Below, in pieces: positions 1 through 8,168 of a DNA stretch of 20,544 nt. This DNA is from a virus (Duplodnaviria > Heunggongvirae > Uroviricota > Caudoviricetes). The position numbers and the translations under genes are program-made. A model generated the notes under the pieces. It was not told where the DNA came from and ran no database searches. It saw only the letters and a list, made by a program, of their open reading frames with translations. The stretch's first letter is position 1. Each line of letters starts with the position of its first letter. Where the stretch lies: IMG/VR virus record IMGVR_UViG_2529293044_000023, one strand, 5' to 3'.

Positions 1-1452
1 ATCGGAGGCCAGCGGCCAGCTTTTATGAAAAACATCTGTCAGCAGGACATCCCAGTCTTCCGGATAGCTGGCCGGATCAATTCGCTGGCTCTCCCCGTCG
101 CTGTCACCGCGCAATGACTGCGTGATGTTGTAACGATCAATAATCCAGCGTTCGCCACGGCTGCCATAGCCCGTTACCTGAACCACAAAACGGCGATGAC
201 GTCCCGCCTGCACATCCACTGTCGCCACAAGAAAATTAACGCCATCCGGCACACTGCGGGAATGAACTGGCTCTGCCCGCTGCTCAAGCAGTTCACTTTT
301 TCGTTGCTCCATGCTGGCGCGGGGAAGATAAGGTAATCCCCAGTCGGTGTTGATAACCGCCCTGAGTGTTTCTTCACTTCCTGTCGCTTCATACTCCTGT
401 TCTGCAGTCAGTAATTTGTAAACCAGTTGCGCCCAGGTCTGATACGCAGCAGCTGGCCCTTCCATCCAGAAACTGGCGATACGGGAGCGGCGCGGTTCAC
501 CGGAAACGTTGCCGTTACAATCAATGACCTGACCTTCACGCAACCAGACTCCTGCACTATTGAGCTCACGCTTTTTCTCCGCAGTGATAATGCCGCTGCA
601 GTGCGGGCAAAGTAGATACGCCGCCTCACTGGCTTTAAAGGGATCCGGTTCATTACGGTAGCCGGTCATGGCATCCATGGCTGGCTGAAAATATTCACCG
701 CAGTGCGGACATGGCCAGTACCAGCGGCGGCGGTCACCACGATTGTAAAGGGAAAGAATACCAGTCGTCGGTGGCGCTTCATGAGGCGACTTACGTCGCC
801 ATTTGCTGTCGCAGATGTCACGTCCCGGCGAGCTCTCCACCAGAGTCATCCCGGAGGACATAAATGTGGTGGTACGTTTTGAGGCCAGGGAGAAACCATC
901 ACCCTCGCTGTCGATATTCTCCGGAAAACGGTCGTAATCGGTTAAGGCGACAAACCGGTAATCCGACGACGACATAATGTTGACCGAGGGCCAACCAATT
1001 TTAAGGAACGAGCCATCCCTGAACGTCTTATCATGGACATTATTGTCATTACGACGTGGACTCATTCTTTTCTTTACCGCCGCACTGCTTCTGAACGTTC
1101 TGTCGAGGCGCTTTTTTGAATGCTCGCGGGCCTTATCTTCGGTCATCTGCACAACGAGCATGTCCGAAGGATCGCAAACGATGGTATAGACAATCCATCC
1201 ATCGATCAGACCAATGGTCTTCCCTGTTCGCGCAGGACCAACAAAAATCACCGCATCGTATTCACGCGATGCCAGGCAGTTCATGGGCTCAATGATGTAG
1301 GGTGTCAGTTCAGGATCCCATGGCACCGAGTTACCAGCCCCCTTGGGAACACGCATGAATTTTTTAACAGCCTCCGAAATCGGCATGCGACGTGGTGGAG
1401 AAAATCCTGCCGATATGTCCCTTCCCAAATTTCGGGCTGATGAAAAACCCAT
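1..1452 (-). CDS. Terminase large subunit (GpA-like), N-terminal ~484 codons; 3' end runs off the window start
   Basis: Minus-strand frame is open from ATG (complement of 1450-1452) to position 1 on manual translation. AGGAGG sits 7 nt upstream (complement of 1457-1462). Walker A GPARTGKT near the N-terminus and a WYWPCPHCGEYF motif resemble lambda gpA (VACPHCGEEQY) as I recall it. Absent from the ORF track because no stop lies in the window. Confidence 0.85.
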   Translation of the reverse strand, partial: MGFSSARNLGRDISAGFSPPRRMPISEAVKKFMRVPKGAGNSVPWDPELTPYIIEPMNCLASREYDAVIFVGPARTGKTIGLIDGWIVYTIVCDPSDMLVVQMTEDKAREHSKKRLDRTFRSSAAVKKRMSPRRNDNNVHDKTFRDGSFLKIGWPSVNIMSSSDYRFVALTDYDRFPENIDSEGDGFSLASKRTTTFMSSGMTLVESSPGRDICDSKWRRKSPHEAPPTTGILSLYNRGDRRRWYWPCPHCGEYFQPAMDAMTGYRNEPDPFKASEAAYLLCPHCSGIITAEKKRELNSAGVWLREGQVIDCNGNVSGEPRRSRIASFWMEGPAAAYQTWAQLVYKLLTAEQEYEATGSEETLRAVINTDWGLPYLPRASMEQRKSELLEQRAEPVHSRSVPDGVNFLVATVDVQAGRHRRFVVQVTGYGSRGERWIIDRYNITQSLRGDSDGESQRIDPASYPEDWDVLLTDVFHKSWPLASD

Positions 1453-1460
1453 TATTCCTC

Positions 1461-1988
1461 CTAGAGACTCTCTCCTTCCTCATCAGGAATTAATTCAGCA
1501 GCACAAGCCTCGTAGGATTTTTCCTGAAGAGTGTATCGCAGGTCATCAATGGCCTGCTGTACAACGCCAACGGCCTGAGGAGTCAGGGCGCAATCGCGTT
1601 CAAGAACATCCGGAATTGTCTCCAGAACCTGGACGACAGCCTTTCTCATGGACGAATAGACGATGACTACTTCATCAACGGGGATGAGTTTTCGCTGCTC
1701 CTTTTCCAGCTTGATCCTTTCATTTTCAGACTGGTACCAGTCCTTTCTCTCTTTCGGCTCCATACGGGATGGATCATGAACAGAGTCTGCTGCCTCATGC
1801 TTCACACTAAACAGGGCTGGCCCGACATGCTGCAGGGCGTAAACGGGGTTCCCCCTGACAGTCGCAGCCACAGGAGTGTTGGCCGCGAGAAGCCGTTTTT
1901 TTACTGTGTCCCGGTGAAGCCCAAAGGCCTCAGCGATTTTAAAAACACTCCAGTAATAAGCATCACCGATCCCGCTCACATTTGACAT
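1461..1988 (-). CDS. Terminase small subunit (Nu1-like, HTH DNA-binding N-terminus)
   Basis: Sits immediately upstream of the large subunit; its stop overlaps the large-subunit RBS. The N-terminus (YYWSVFKIAEAFGLHRDTVKKRL) is an HTH like lambda Nu1 (QLADIFGASIRTIQNW). Start taken at the third in-frame ATG (MSNV...) because it has GGAG 6 nt upstream; the track's 2018 start has no RBS. Confidence 0.7.
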   Translation of the reverse strand: MSNVSGIGDAYYWSVFKIAEAFGLHRDTVKKRLLAANTPVAATVRGNPVYALQHVGPALFSVKHEAADSVHDPSRMEPKERKDWYQSENERIKLEKEQRKLIPVDEVVIVYSSMRKAVVQVLETIPDVLERDCALTPQAVGVVQQAIDDLRYTLQEKSYEACAAELIPDEEGESL

Positions 1989-2164
1989 AAGCAACTCCAT
2001 CTGGCAGGTGAAAATCATGTTTATTTATATATTTCAATTAATTGTAAACTGGTCTAATGACAGGGAGAAAAAAATATTGTACAGGTAAAAAGAGAAATAA
2101 CTTTTAATTATCAATAAATTACCAAACATGCTGCCGCCGCCATGGAAATGCAAAAACTAGCCTT

Positions 2165-2190
2165 TTTCCGCGACGCTCCCGCCCCGTGGC
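2165..2190 (-). other. Putative cos site (cosN-like), about 180 bp upstream of the small terminase gene
   Basis: Minus strand reads GGGGCGGGAGCGTCGCGG, resembling the lambda cohesive end GGGCGGCGACCT followed by CGCGG as I remember it. Position relative to the Nu1-like gene matches lambda. An IHF-like match tATCAAtaaaTTA lies at 2110-2122 in the AT-rich stretch between it and the gene. Confidence 0.3.
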
Positions 2191-2451
2191 AGGCCACCCC
2201 ACCGGAAGGACCCGCCAAAATGAGAGTGATTATCACCATTGCTGATGAATAAATTGATGAAAATCATTGAAACGCCTTTCAGCAAGATAACGGCGACGGT
2301 CGTTGTTGAACTCCGTAGCTCTGCTACTAAGGTTAAAAGCATGGCCATCTTTTGCCACCGGCAAATCTTCAATGGATTTCCCCTGCCGGTTTTTTATTCC
2401 TCACATTATCGCAGCCCCTCAGTGAAGGGCTGCTGTAATGCCTGCTCTTAC

Positions 2452-2814
2452 TCAGTAACGACCGCGCCTTCCGGTAATTTCATACCGGCAAATACCGGAC
2501 AGCCCGGGGATCGTTATCTGCAGCTGGTTAGCCAGGGAGTTAATCTCAGCGACCAACACTGGCTTCGTATAGCGCCATGCCGCCAGCCCTTGTCCACAGA
2601 AGCTCGCCATATCTTTTTTCTGATCAAACTCATGACACTTCATATTGAGCTGCGCACTTAAGCTGTTGCGATGCTGAAGTTCTCCGGTGAAGTAGTCATC
2701 CAGGACTTTATAGGCTGCATATTTAAATCCGGGGTTTAGCCATGCTGCATAATCATAAGCAACAAACTTCCCGCCATATGTTCCACCGTGTACACCGCGC
2801 TCAGTAAAAACCAC
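2452..2814 (-). CDS. Hypothetical protein, possibly KilA-N-like
   Basis: 120-codon ORF between Rz and cos. Starts at GTG with no convincing RBS (GGAG is 17 nt upstream). Motif GTYGGKFVAYDYAAWLNPGFKYAAY recalls KilA-N/antirepressor N-domains, recognised from memory only. Confidence 0.4.
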   Translation of the reverse strand: MVFTERGVHGGTYGGKFVAYDYAAWLNPGFKYAAYKVLDDYFTGELQHRNSLSAQLNMKCHEFDQKKDMASFCGQGLAAWRYTKPVLVAEINSLANQLQITIPGLSGICRYEITGRRGRY

Positions 2815-2835
2815 AGATTCGTGTTTTTTCTCCAG

Positions 2836-3303
2836 CTACTTAATGCGCTGGGTGCGGATATATTCCTGCGCCCCTTCCAGTTGCTTCTGCATCGTCATCA
2901 ACCGTTCTCTGAGGGTGAAATAATCCCGTTCAGCGGTGTCTGCCAGTCGGGGGCTGGTTGCATTATCCATGCTGGTGGGTCCGGTGGCTTCACGCACGGC
3001 TGCGGAGCAACTGGCATTGACCCGCAGGCGCTTACGACCAGCGGCAACATCAGCGCGCAGAGTTTCATTTTCAGTTTTCGCATCGGCTAACTCCTTCGTG
3101 TATTTTGCATCGATCGCAGCAACATCACGCTGACGCTGCTGCATGTCAGCGATGGTGGCGGTCGCCTGCTTCAGCTCACTGACTTTTTTATCACGCTGTT
3201 CTTTGTAGGCGATGGCGTTATCACGGTAATGATTAACAGCCCATGACAGGCAGGCGATAATGCAGATAACCAGAGCGGAGATAATAACGGTTACCCTGCT
3301 CAT
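2836..3303 (-). CDS. Rz: Rz i-spanin (inner-membrane spanin subunit)
   Basis: [40 protein letters not shown] is near-identical in pattern to lambda Rz ([40 protein letters not shown]). ATG overlaps the endolysin stop as ATGA. The track's upstream start (3315) adds MGAT and is rejected. Confidence 0.88.
   Translation of the reverse strand: MSRVTVIISALVICIIACLSWAVNHYRDNAIAYKEQRDKKVSELKQATATIADMQQRQRDVAAIDAKYTKELADAKTENETLRADVAAGRKRLRVNASCSAAVREATGPTSMDNATSPRLADTAERDYFTLRERLMTMQKQLEGAQEYIRTQRIK
2898..3083 (-). CDS. Rz1: Rz1 o-spanin lipoprotein, embedded in the +1 frame of Rz
   Basis: [22 protein letters not shown]...[32 protein letters not shown] matches lambda Rz1 (MLKLKMMLCVMMLPLVVVGC...[29 protein letters not shown]). 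Lipobox Cys present; lies entirely within Rz. Confidence 0.85.
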   Translation of the reverse strand: MRKLKMKLCALMLPLVVSACGSMPVAPQPCVKPPDPPAWIMQPAPDWQTPLNGIISPSENG

Positions 3304-3797
3304 TGTTGCCCCCACAAACAGACTTCACGCTCAATCTCGCGGCGAGTCATCAGCCCTTTCCATTGCTTACCGCCAGCGTATGTCCAGCGCCGTAGCTGAT
3401 CACATGCGCCTTTGATATCGCCCTGGTTTATTTTGCGAAGAAGCGTCGATGTTCTGAAATTGCCAGCGCCCACGTTGTAAACGAACGAGTAAAGAGCGCC
3501 GCGCGTTGTTTCCGGTATATCGACGTTGATGTACGGGTTAATTTGTCTGGCGACCGTGGCAAGGTCTTTATTCAGGAGGGCTTTGCATTCTGCTTCGGTA
3601 TACGTTTTACCGAGCATAATGTCTTTTCCGGTGTGCCCGTAACATACAGTCCATACACCAACGATATCTTTATATGGTATGTAGCTGACGCCTTCCAGAC
3701 CATCGTTACCACTTGGGCCAGTGATTAACACAGATGCTATAGCAATAGCCCCGCCACCAATAGCCGCAGCAACGGCTTTTCGTAATGATGGAGGCAT
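3300..3797 (-). CDS. R: SAR endolysin (phage-21 R-type, T4-lysozyme-like muramidase)
   Basis: N-terminal signal-anchor-release segment ([20 protein letters not shown]) followed by the catalytic E-x8-D-x5-T signature ([23 protein letters not shown]). RBS GAGGTG; start overlaps the holin stop (TAATG). Confidence 0.9.
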   Translation of the reverse strand: MPPSLRKAVAAAIGGGAIAIASVLITGPSGNDGLEGVSYIPYKDIVGVWTVCYGHTGKDIMLGKTYTEAECKALLNKDLATVARQINPYINVDIPETTRGALYSFVYNVGAGNFRTSTLLRKINQGDIKGACDQLRRWTYAGGKQWKGLMTRREIEREVCLWGQQ

Positions 3798-4012
3798 TAT
3801 TCACCTCTCGCAGCCTTACGCTTGTCTTCTCTGATTTTGAAGTACAGATTTGTCAGGTAAGTCAGAAAGCCCAGAACCAGACTTCCCAGCACACCAATCG
3901 CAGCCCACTGTGACGGACTGACCTGATCAAGCCACTGTAAAAACCAGTAGCCAGCACTACCAGCGGATGTTCCGTAGGCAATGCCAGTAGAGATTTTGTC
4001 CATTGATTTCAT
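3797..4012 (-). CDS. S: Class II holin / pinholin (S21-type) with dual-start motif
   Basis: 71 aa, [71 protein letters not shown]. Two TMDs and an MKSM dual start (antiholin from Met1, holin from Met4), matching phage 21 S as I recall it. GGAGG RBS upstream. Confidence 0.9.
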   Translation of the reverse strand: MKSMDKISTGIAYGTSAGSAGYWFLQWLDQVSPSQWAAIGVLGSLVLGFLTYLTNLYFKIREDKRKAARGE

Positions 4013-4336
4013 AGCAACGCCTCCGCCAGTAACGGATTGCGTAGTTCTTATATTGGGAAGGGGAAAAAAGAAGGCCGCAGCGTAACTATCACTAATAAAT
4101 TCAGGACAGCCAGTGGCTACGGCTCAGTTTGGGTTGTGGCGGCCGGAATCGAACCGGCTTCCATCGGTGCGCTGCCGATTGCAGTACGCGCGGCGGTCAG
4201 CTATATGACTAGTATTTTCACTATCGCCTATCTGCTAGCTCGCCATTGAGCTTCACCACAACGATAAGAGCACTGCGCGGCACCTTTCACCAATTCCGCG
4301 AGGTCTGCGGGTTCAATGCTCTTACCTGTTGTGCAG

Positions 4337-4373
4337 AAAAAAAACCACACGGCAGCGAGTTTAAGCTGTGTGG
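4337..4373 (-). terminator. Rho-independent terminator on the minus strand (tR'-like late-leader terminator)
   Basis: Hairpin CCACAC-loop-GTGTGG (4345-4373) followed on the minus strand by a U8 run (complement of A8 at 4337-4344). Downstream minus-strand sequence TTTTTTTTCTGCACAACAGGTAAGAGCATTGA matches what I recall just after lambda tR'. Confidence 0.55.
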
Positions 4374-4476
4374 CGAAGTTACCTCTCTTCACCAAGTATT
4401 CGGTAATAAAATAACTTGTGGTGTTCTCGTTTTTATGCCGATAAAATAAACGGTCCACTTTCAAATGGAGCGATTC

Positions 4477-5397
4477 ATGATTTTTCTCAGAACTGAAAAC
4501 GGCATCGAGAAACTTGAAAACTGGGAGGAAATTATATCCAGACCAAACTTTGTCACCACTATAGACAAAGGAGTTCAACAACTTGAGGAGATAATTGGTT
4601 ACTACAAATTTAAAGAAGAAATCCACTGTGGTCTAACTGGTTGCAACCAACCACATCAAATGGGTTATATTGTAAAAACATCTAGTGGCATTGAAACCAA
4701 CATCGGAAATAAATGTGGTAAAAACGAATTTGGTGTGGAATTTGGTGAAAACGTTCTTAGTTTCAATAAATTTATGCAACTCGAAACCAATCGGGAAATT
4801 ATTAGCACCGCAAAAAGTAAATGTGAAGCGTGGCAAAAAAATATTGAAACGATACGAAATATCAAACCCACAATAGATTATCTATCTTCTACCATCGAAA
4901 ATAGTAAAAATTCCAATTACTCCGGAAGACTTGGTGCTACAGAAATTCGTTTTTTGACCAAGAACCAGACAGGCCTTGTAACCCTTTCTGAAGTGGAAAC
5001 TGATAAGAATACCAAAACAATTCTGTTCGCAATGAATGAACACATGCGCGAGTCTGGAGAGGCAATAAGTGAATTCTACATAGGAAAAGTATCATTTAGT
5101 CATGTTCTTTTACCAGAAAACAATCTTCGTGATTTTTTTGTTGCGCTCAAAGAAGATCTAAAAAAAATTCAGTGTATTGATCTACAAACAGCCCCAAGCC
5201 CAGAAATTTCTAATGTTGCCAAAATTGCCAGTTCAATCGAAGAACGAATCAAGCGATTAAAAAAACTGAAACATGAAGCCAGTAAATTCCTAACTAAAAA
5301 AAATCTGCGTCCCATCGCAAACAAAATAAAATACTCATCGACAGCGGATGAACTTGAATTCCATAATTTCGAACGCTTTTTAAAAGGGCTGAAATGA
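4477..5397 (+). CDS. Hypothetical protein, ~306 aa, AT-rich cargo gene of unknown function
   Basis: Long clean ORF on the strand opposite all flanking phage genes. Composition is visibly AT-rich against the phage backbone. GGAG 6 nt before the ATG at 4477 (the track's 4465 start has no RBS). Cys cluster HCGLTGC...KCGKN near the N-terminus and a charged coiled-coil-like C-terminus (IEERIKRLKKLKHEASK). No family recognised. Confidence 0.7.
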   Translation: MIFLRTENGIEKLENWEEIISRPNFVTTIDKGVQQLEEIIGYYKFKEEIHCGLTGCNQPHQMGYIVKTSSGIETNIGNKCGKNEFGVEFGENVLSFNKFMQLETNREIISTAKSKCEAWQKNIETIRNIKPTIDYLSSTIENSKNSNYSGRLGATEIRFLTKNQTGLVTLSEVETDKNTKTILFAMNEHMRESGEAISEFYIGKVSFSHVLLPENNLRDFFVALKEDLKKIQCIDLQTAPSPEISNVAKIASSIEERIKRLKKLKHEASKFLTKKNLRPIANKIKYSSTADELEFHNFERFLKGLK

Positions 5398-5400
5398 TAA

Positions 5401-5418
5401 AAGCCCCGAAAGGGGCTT
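5401..5418. terminator. GC-rich hairpin with GAAA tetraloop between the convergent cargo gene and Q; probable bidirectional terminator
   Basis: AAGCCCC-GAAA-GGGGCTT perfect 7-bp stem immediately after the cargo-gene stop. Flanked by T-rich tracts on both strands, though neither is a strong U-run. Confidence 0.45.
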
Positions 5419-5511
5419 CTATCAAAATCATTTACGCATTATTCCGCATGCTTAAAAGAATACATGACAGATTCGGACAAAATCAAGTGCAATGTCGCAA
5501 AAACCCTAAGC

Positions 5512-6342
5512 TTAGTTCACATCATCACCAAAACTTGTCACATTCTGAAAAGCAATATCGGCCTTACGCTCTTCCTGGTGGCAAATGTCAACCAGAGAAT
5601 CAAGAAACGGCTTCCAATTACGCGTCCATGTCCTGACATGTAGCTCGGGTATCCGCTTCAGTACAACTTTATATACTGTGGTAGACGGTACCGTGGAAAA
5701 TCCATTTCCGCTGCAACGTTCGCAGATTTTAAACACTGGCACACCACGCTCGCTTGTGGCTTTGCGGTCCAGTACCTCTCCCTTTCCACCACAACGACAC
5801 CTGGCACTTATCACTCCCTTCCCTTTACATACATCGCAAACGACTGGTACAACTTCCGTTACCTCTGTCCATTTCTCCCAGTCTGACGGTCGAACAGCAC
5901 GGGAGCGACTGGCCCAATATGGTGCTTTACCCCATGGGTATGAAACCTTACGAATGACCTGCTTACGGGGTGTTAGTCCGGTACCACTGCAACTATGGCA
6001 TGTTACGCTGGTGTCCGCCGATCGGGAATACTCAGCAAAAGCAAACTGCGCCAGTACCAGCATACACCAGCCAAATTCACCACCAGCTGCTTTACGCACA
6101 TTCTTCGGTGCAATTTCCATCGCGTGACGCGCCAGCGCTTGGACTGCCATCTGCTCATCAGTCTTGCTGATACCGGCCTTCCCGAAGAAGGCCGCCAAGC
6201 CAAACCGTTCACGATTGCTGGTGGTACCAATAGCCGCCATAACATCGGTGCCTGTAAGACGTTCCGGAGAGGTTCCTTTCACATCGTCGCCGATATACAT
6301 TCCCTGAGGACTGAAGTATTTTAGCGATGCCTCAAGCTTCAT
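5512..6342 (-). CDS. Q: Late-gene antitermination protein Q (lambda-Q family) with expanded Cys-rich region
   Basis: N-terminus (LTGTDVMAAIG...FGLAAFFGK), centre (VLAQFAFAEYSRSA...CHSCSGTG) and C-terminus (KPFLDSLVDICHQEERKADIAFQNV) parallel lambda Q as I recall it. 276 aa against 207 in lambda; carries four Cys-pair motifs (CHSCSGTG, CDVCKGKG, CRCGGKG, CERCSGNG) where lambda Q has two. Correct position upstream of the lysis cassette. Confidence 0.8.
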   Translation of the reverse strand: MKLEASLKYFSPQGMYIGDDVKGTSPERLTGTDVMAAIGTTSNRERFGLAAFFGKAGISKTDEQMAVQALARHAMEIAPKNVRKAAGGEFGWCMLVLAQFAFAEYSRSADTSVTCHSCSGTGLTPRKQVIRKVSYPWGKAPYWASRSRAVRPSDWEKWTEVTEVVPVVCDVCKGKGVISARCRCGGKGEVLDRKATSERGVPVFKICERCSGNGFSTVPSTTVYKVVLKRIPELHVRTWTRNWKPFLDSLVDICHQEERKADIAFQNVTSFGDDVN

Positions 6343-7199
6343 TATTCACACTCCCCAACCAGATTAAGAATAACCGCCGCGCCATTGTCTTTCATATATT
6401 CGCCCTTTCCGCTTGCCAAAAACCAACGACACACCTCCACTGCTTCAGCCCGTGTCACCGGTTTGATGGTCATCAGCAATTTTTCAAGGTAGCGCTCGCG
6501 GTCATATACCGATTCGTGATGCTCAGAGTAACCATACTCATCGCCCTGTTCTTTAGACGCAGTGTGGCGAACACTGTAGAGCCAGTCCCAGTAAACAAAC
6601 TCACGAACTACGTCTGACAATGTATGAGGCTCTGGCAGTACATCACGATAGCCATCAACATATGCACGACGCTGATCATCAATTTCATTCATACGGATGC
6701 CATCAATTCTGCCCGCTGTCTTCTCGGCTGCAGTCCAGCCCCAGAGATGATCGTCGATAAATTTCTGGGAAGACTTGATCACTCGCTCGGCTTCCACATC
6801 TTCGAGTGCTGCTTCATAGCTACCAAACGTAGCCCTGACTGATGTTGCTTTTTTGATATTCTCCCGGGCGATCCTGATTGCCTGTGCCGGGTTATCCATG
6901 CCGATGGTACCGAAAGCAATCTGGAAAGGATCACCACCATTCGCCAGCAGATAACGCGAATAGCGTTCCTGGGCCTCTTTTGGGGAAATTTTAATTTTCA
7001 CCAGCGCAGCCTCAGCAGCATCCAGATGTGCGGGTTCGTTCAGACGGATAACCTCCAGCACCCAAAGATAAGCATCAGTCTGCTTATGCCCGGTGATTCT
7101 CCGTTGCTCTGGCAGGGGCTTGATGTTTGCGAGGGCGGAGCTGTACGCTGCCGTCGGGATGGTGAATAGTGCTTTATGTTCGTTGTTATCAGTACGCAT
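6342..7199 (-). CDS. Hypothetical protein (285 aa) between the primase and Q, in the nin-region position
   Basis: Long ORF whose start overlaps the primase stop and whose stop overlaps the Q start, typical of a tightly packed operon. No domain recognised. Confidence 0.6.
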   Translation of the reverse strand: MRTDNNEHKALFTIPTAAYSSALANIKPLPEQRRITGHKQTDAYLWVLEVIRLNEPAHLDAAEAALVKIKISPKEAQERYSRYLLANGGDPFQIAFGTIGMDNPAQAIRIARENIKKATSVRATFGSYEAALEDVEAERVIKSSQKFIDDHLWGWTAAEKTAGRIDGIRMNEIDDQRRAYVDGYRDVLPEPHTLSDVVREFVYWDWLYSVRHTASKEQGDEYGYSEHHESVYDRERYLEKLLMTIKPVTRAEAVEVCRWFLASGKGEYMKDNGAAVILNLVGECE

Positions 7200-8167
7200 T
7201 ACGCAACCGCCTTTTTCTTATGGAAAACCAGCTCTCGAACCTGATCACCGTTCATGAGCATATTGTTGAAATCATCGTGATCCGGCCAGTACACGCTCAC
7301 GCGCTGCAGGTCATTCTTTGCCATCAGATTGGCATGAGCACATTCGCAAGCCGCAGCCAGCCCGGTGGCGCTGTTCTCGTCACGGTCGGCAAAAATAATC
7401 AGGTGCAGAACACCAGCTGGTACGCGGAACTTTTTCATAAAGCCGCTGTTAATGGTTGCCCAGGTGTTCACGTTATAAATCTGGTGCGCTGACAGCGCTG
7501 TTTCGATGCCTTCGGCGATACCCAGAGTGCTAGCAACAGGAAACATGCGGATAGCTACAGAACGAGCGTGATCCAAATAGTTATCTTCCTGCAGGGATTT
7601 GAGGCGCTTTGCACTGCTACCGATATCTGCTTTTTTATCACCATCAAGCAGAGTCTGGTGCAGATAGCACAACTCCCCTTTATCGTCCGTAGCAAGTGAA
7701 TAAAGAGACTGGAACACACTCCCGTTGTGTCTCTGCCTGGCATTGAACCGGATCGCCTCAGCAGGAAGACTGAATATTCCACGAGAATTAAGATACGCTG
7801 CGCCGGATGTACCACGCAGTGCCTCCAGTTTTGAAAACTTGCTCAATACCCGTTTGCGTAAGCTGGTGGCGCTGCTGGTTACCGGGATTTTAACCCGTTG
7901 GTAATCATTACCGCTCAGGCGGTCTATTTCGGTACAAATCTCGTTAAATGGCTTCGCCTGTGTCAGGGTGACAAGTTTCATACCATCGCCACTACCACAT
8001 ACACAGATCCACGTTCCTGCACCGTCGCGGTCATCAATTCGGAACTTGCCACGTGCACCGCATACCGGGCATTCACCCTTGAAGTGATTTTTTCCTGTTA
8101 TCGGCGGCAAGCCGAAGTGCTCTAATATTTCAGGCCAGCGGCCTTTCGCTGCAGCTGCTGTTTTCAT
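7199..8167 (-). CDS. DNA primase (zinc-binding N-terminus plus TOPRIM domain)
   Basis: Cys-rich motif GECPVCGARGKFRIDDRDGAGTWICVCG, then TOPRIM-like acidic motifs IAEGIETALS and IIFADRDENSAG. Adjacent to and co-oriented with the helicase. Confidence 0.75.
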   Translation of the reverse strand: MKTAAAAKGRWPEILEHFGLPPITGKNHFKGECPVCGARGKFRIDDRDGAGTWICVCGSGDGMKLVTLTQAKPFNEICTEIDRLSGNDYQRVKIPVTSSATSLRKRVLSKFSKLEALRGTSGAAYLNSRGIFSLPAEAIRFNARQRHNGSVFQSLYSLATDDKGELCYLHQTLLDGDKKADIGSSAKRLKSLQEDNYLDHARSVAIRMFPVASTLGIAEGIETALSAHQIYNVNTWATINSGFMKKFRVPAGVLHLIIFADRDENSATGLAAACECAHANLMAKNDLQRVSVYWPDHDDFNNMLMNGDQVRELVFHKKKAVA

Positions 8168-8168
8168 C

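Noticed and set aside
2239-2661. 140-aa plus-strand ORF in the cos / KilA-N-like region
   Set aside because: Overlaps the minus-strand ORF and the cos region, runs antisense to the late operon, has no RBS and its product is low-complexity.
4120-4210. tRNA-like sequence on the minus strand (T-arm GCCGG-TTCGATT-CCGGC) between holin and the late terminator
   Set aside because: No complementary 5' acceptor strand for the 3' segment CGCCACA, no D-arm signature, and the best anticodon-like loop lacks U33. The flanking sequence matches the lambda S-upstream leader as I recall it, which has no tRNA. Treated as a leader or tRNA remnant.
4228-4626. Minus-strand 132-aa ORF and plus-strand 67-aa ORF (4246-4449) spanning the late-leader terminator
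   Set aside because: They cross the terminator hairpin and the start of the cargo gene, have phenylalanine/lysine-rich AT-driven composition, and lack RBSs.
5585-6324. Several plus-strand ORFs (5585-6127, 5970-6170, 5995-6324 and others) antisense to Q
   Set aside because: All lie inside the well-supported Q gene on the opposite strand and are rich in Ser/Pro/Arg/His, typical of antisense frames of a GC-balanced gene.
7862-7869. Chi sequence GCTGGTGG on the plus strand inside the primase gene
   Set aside because: A single octamer occurrence in 20 kb is about what chance predicts.
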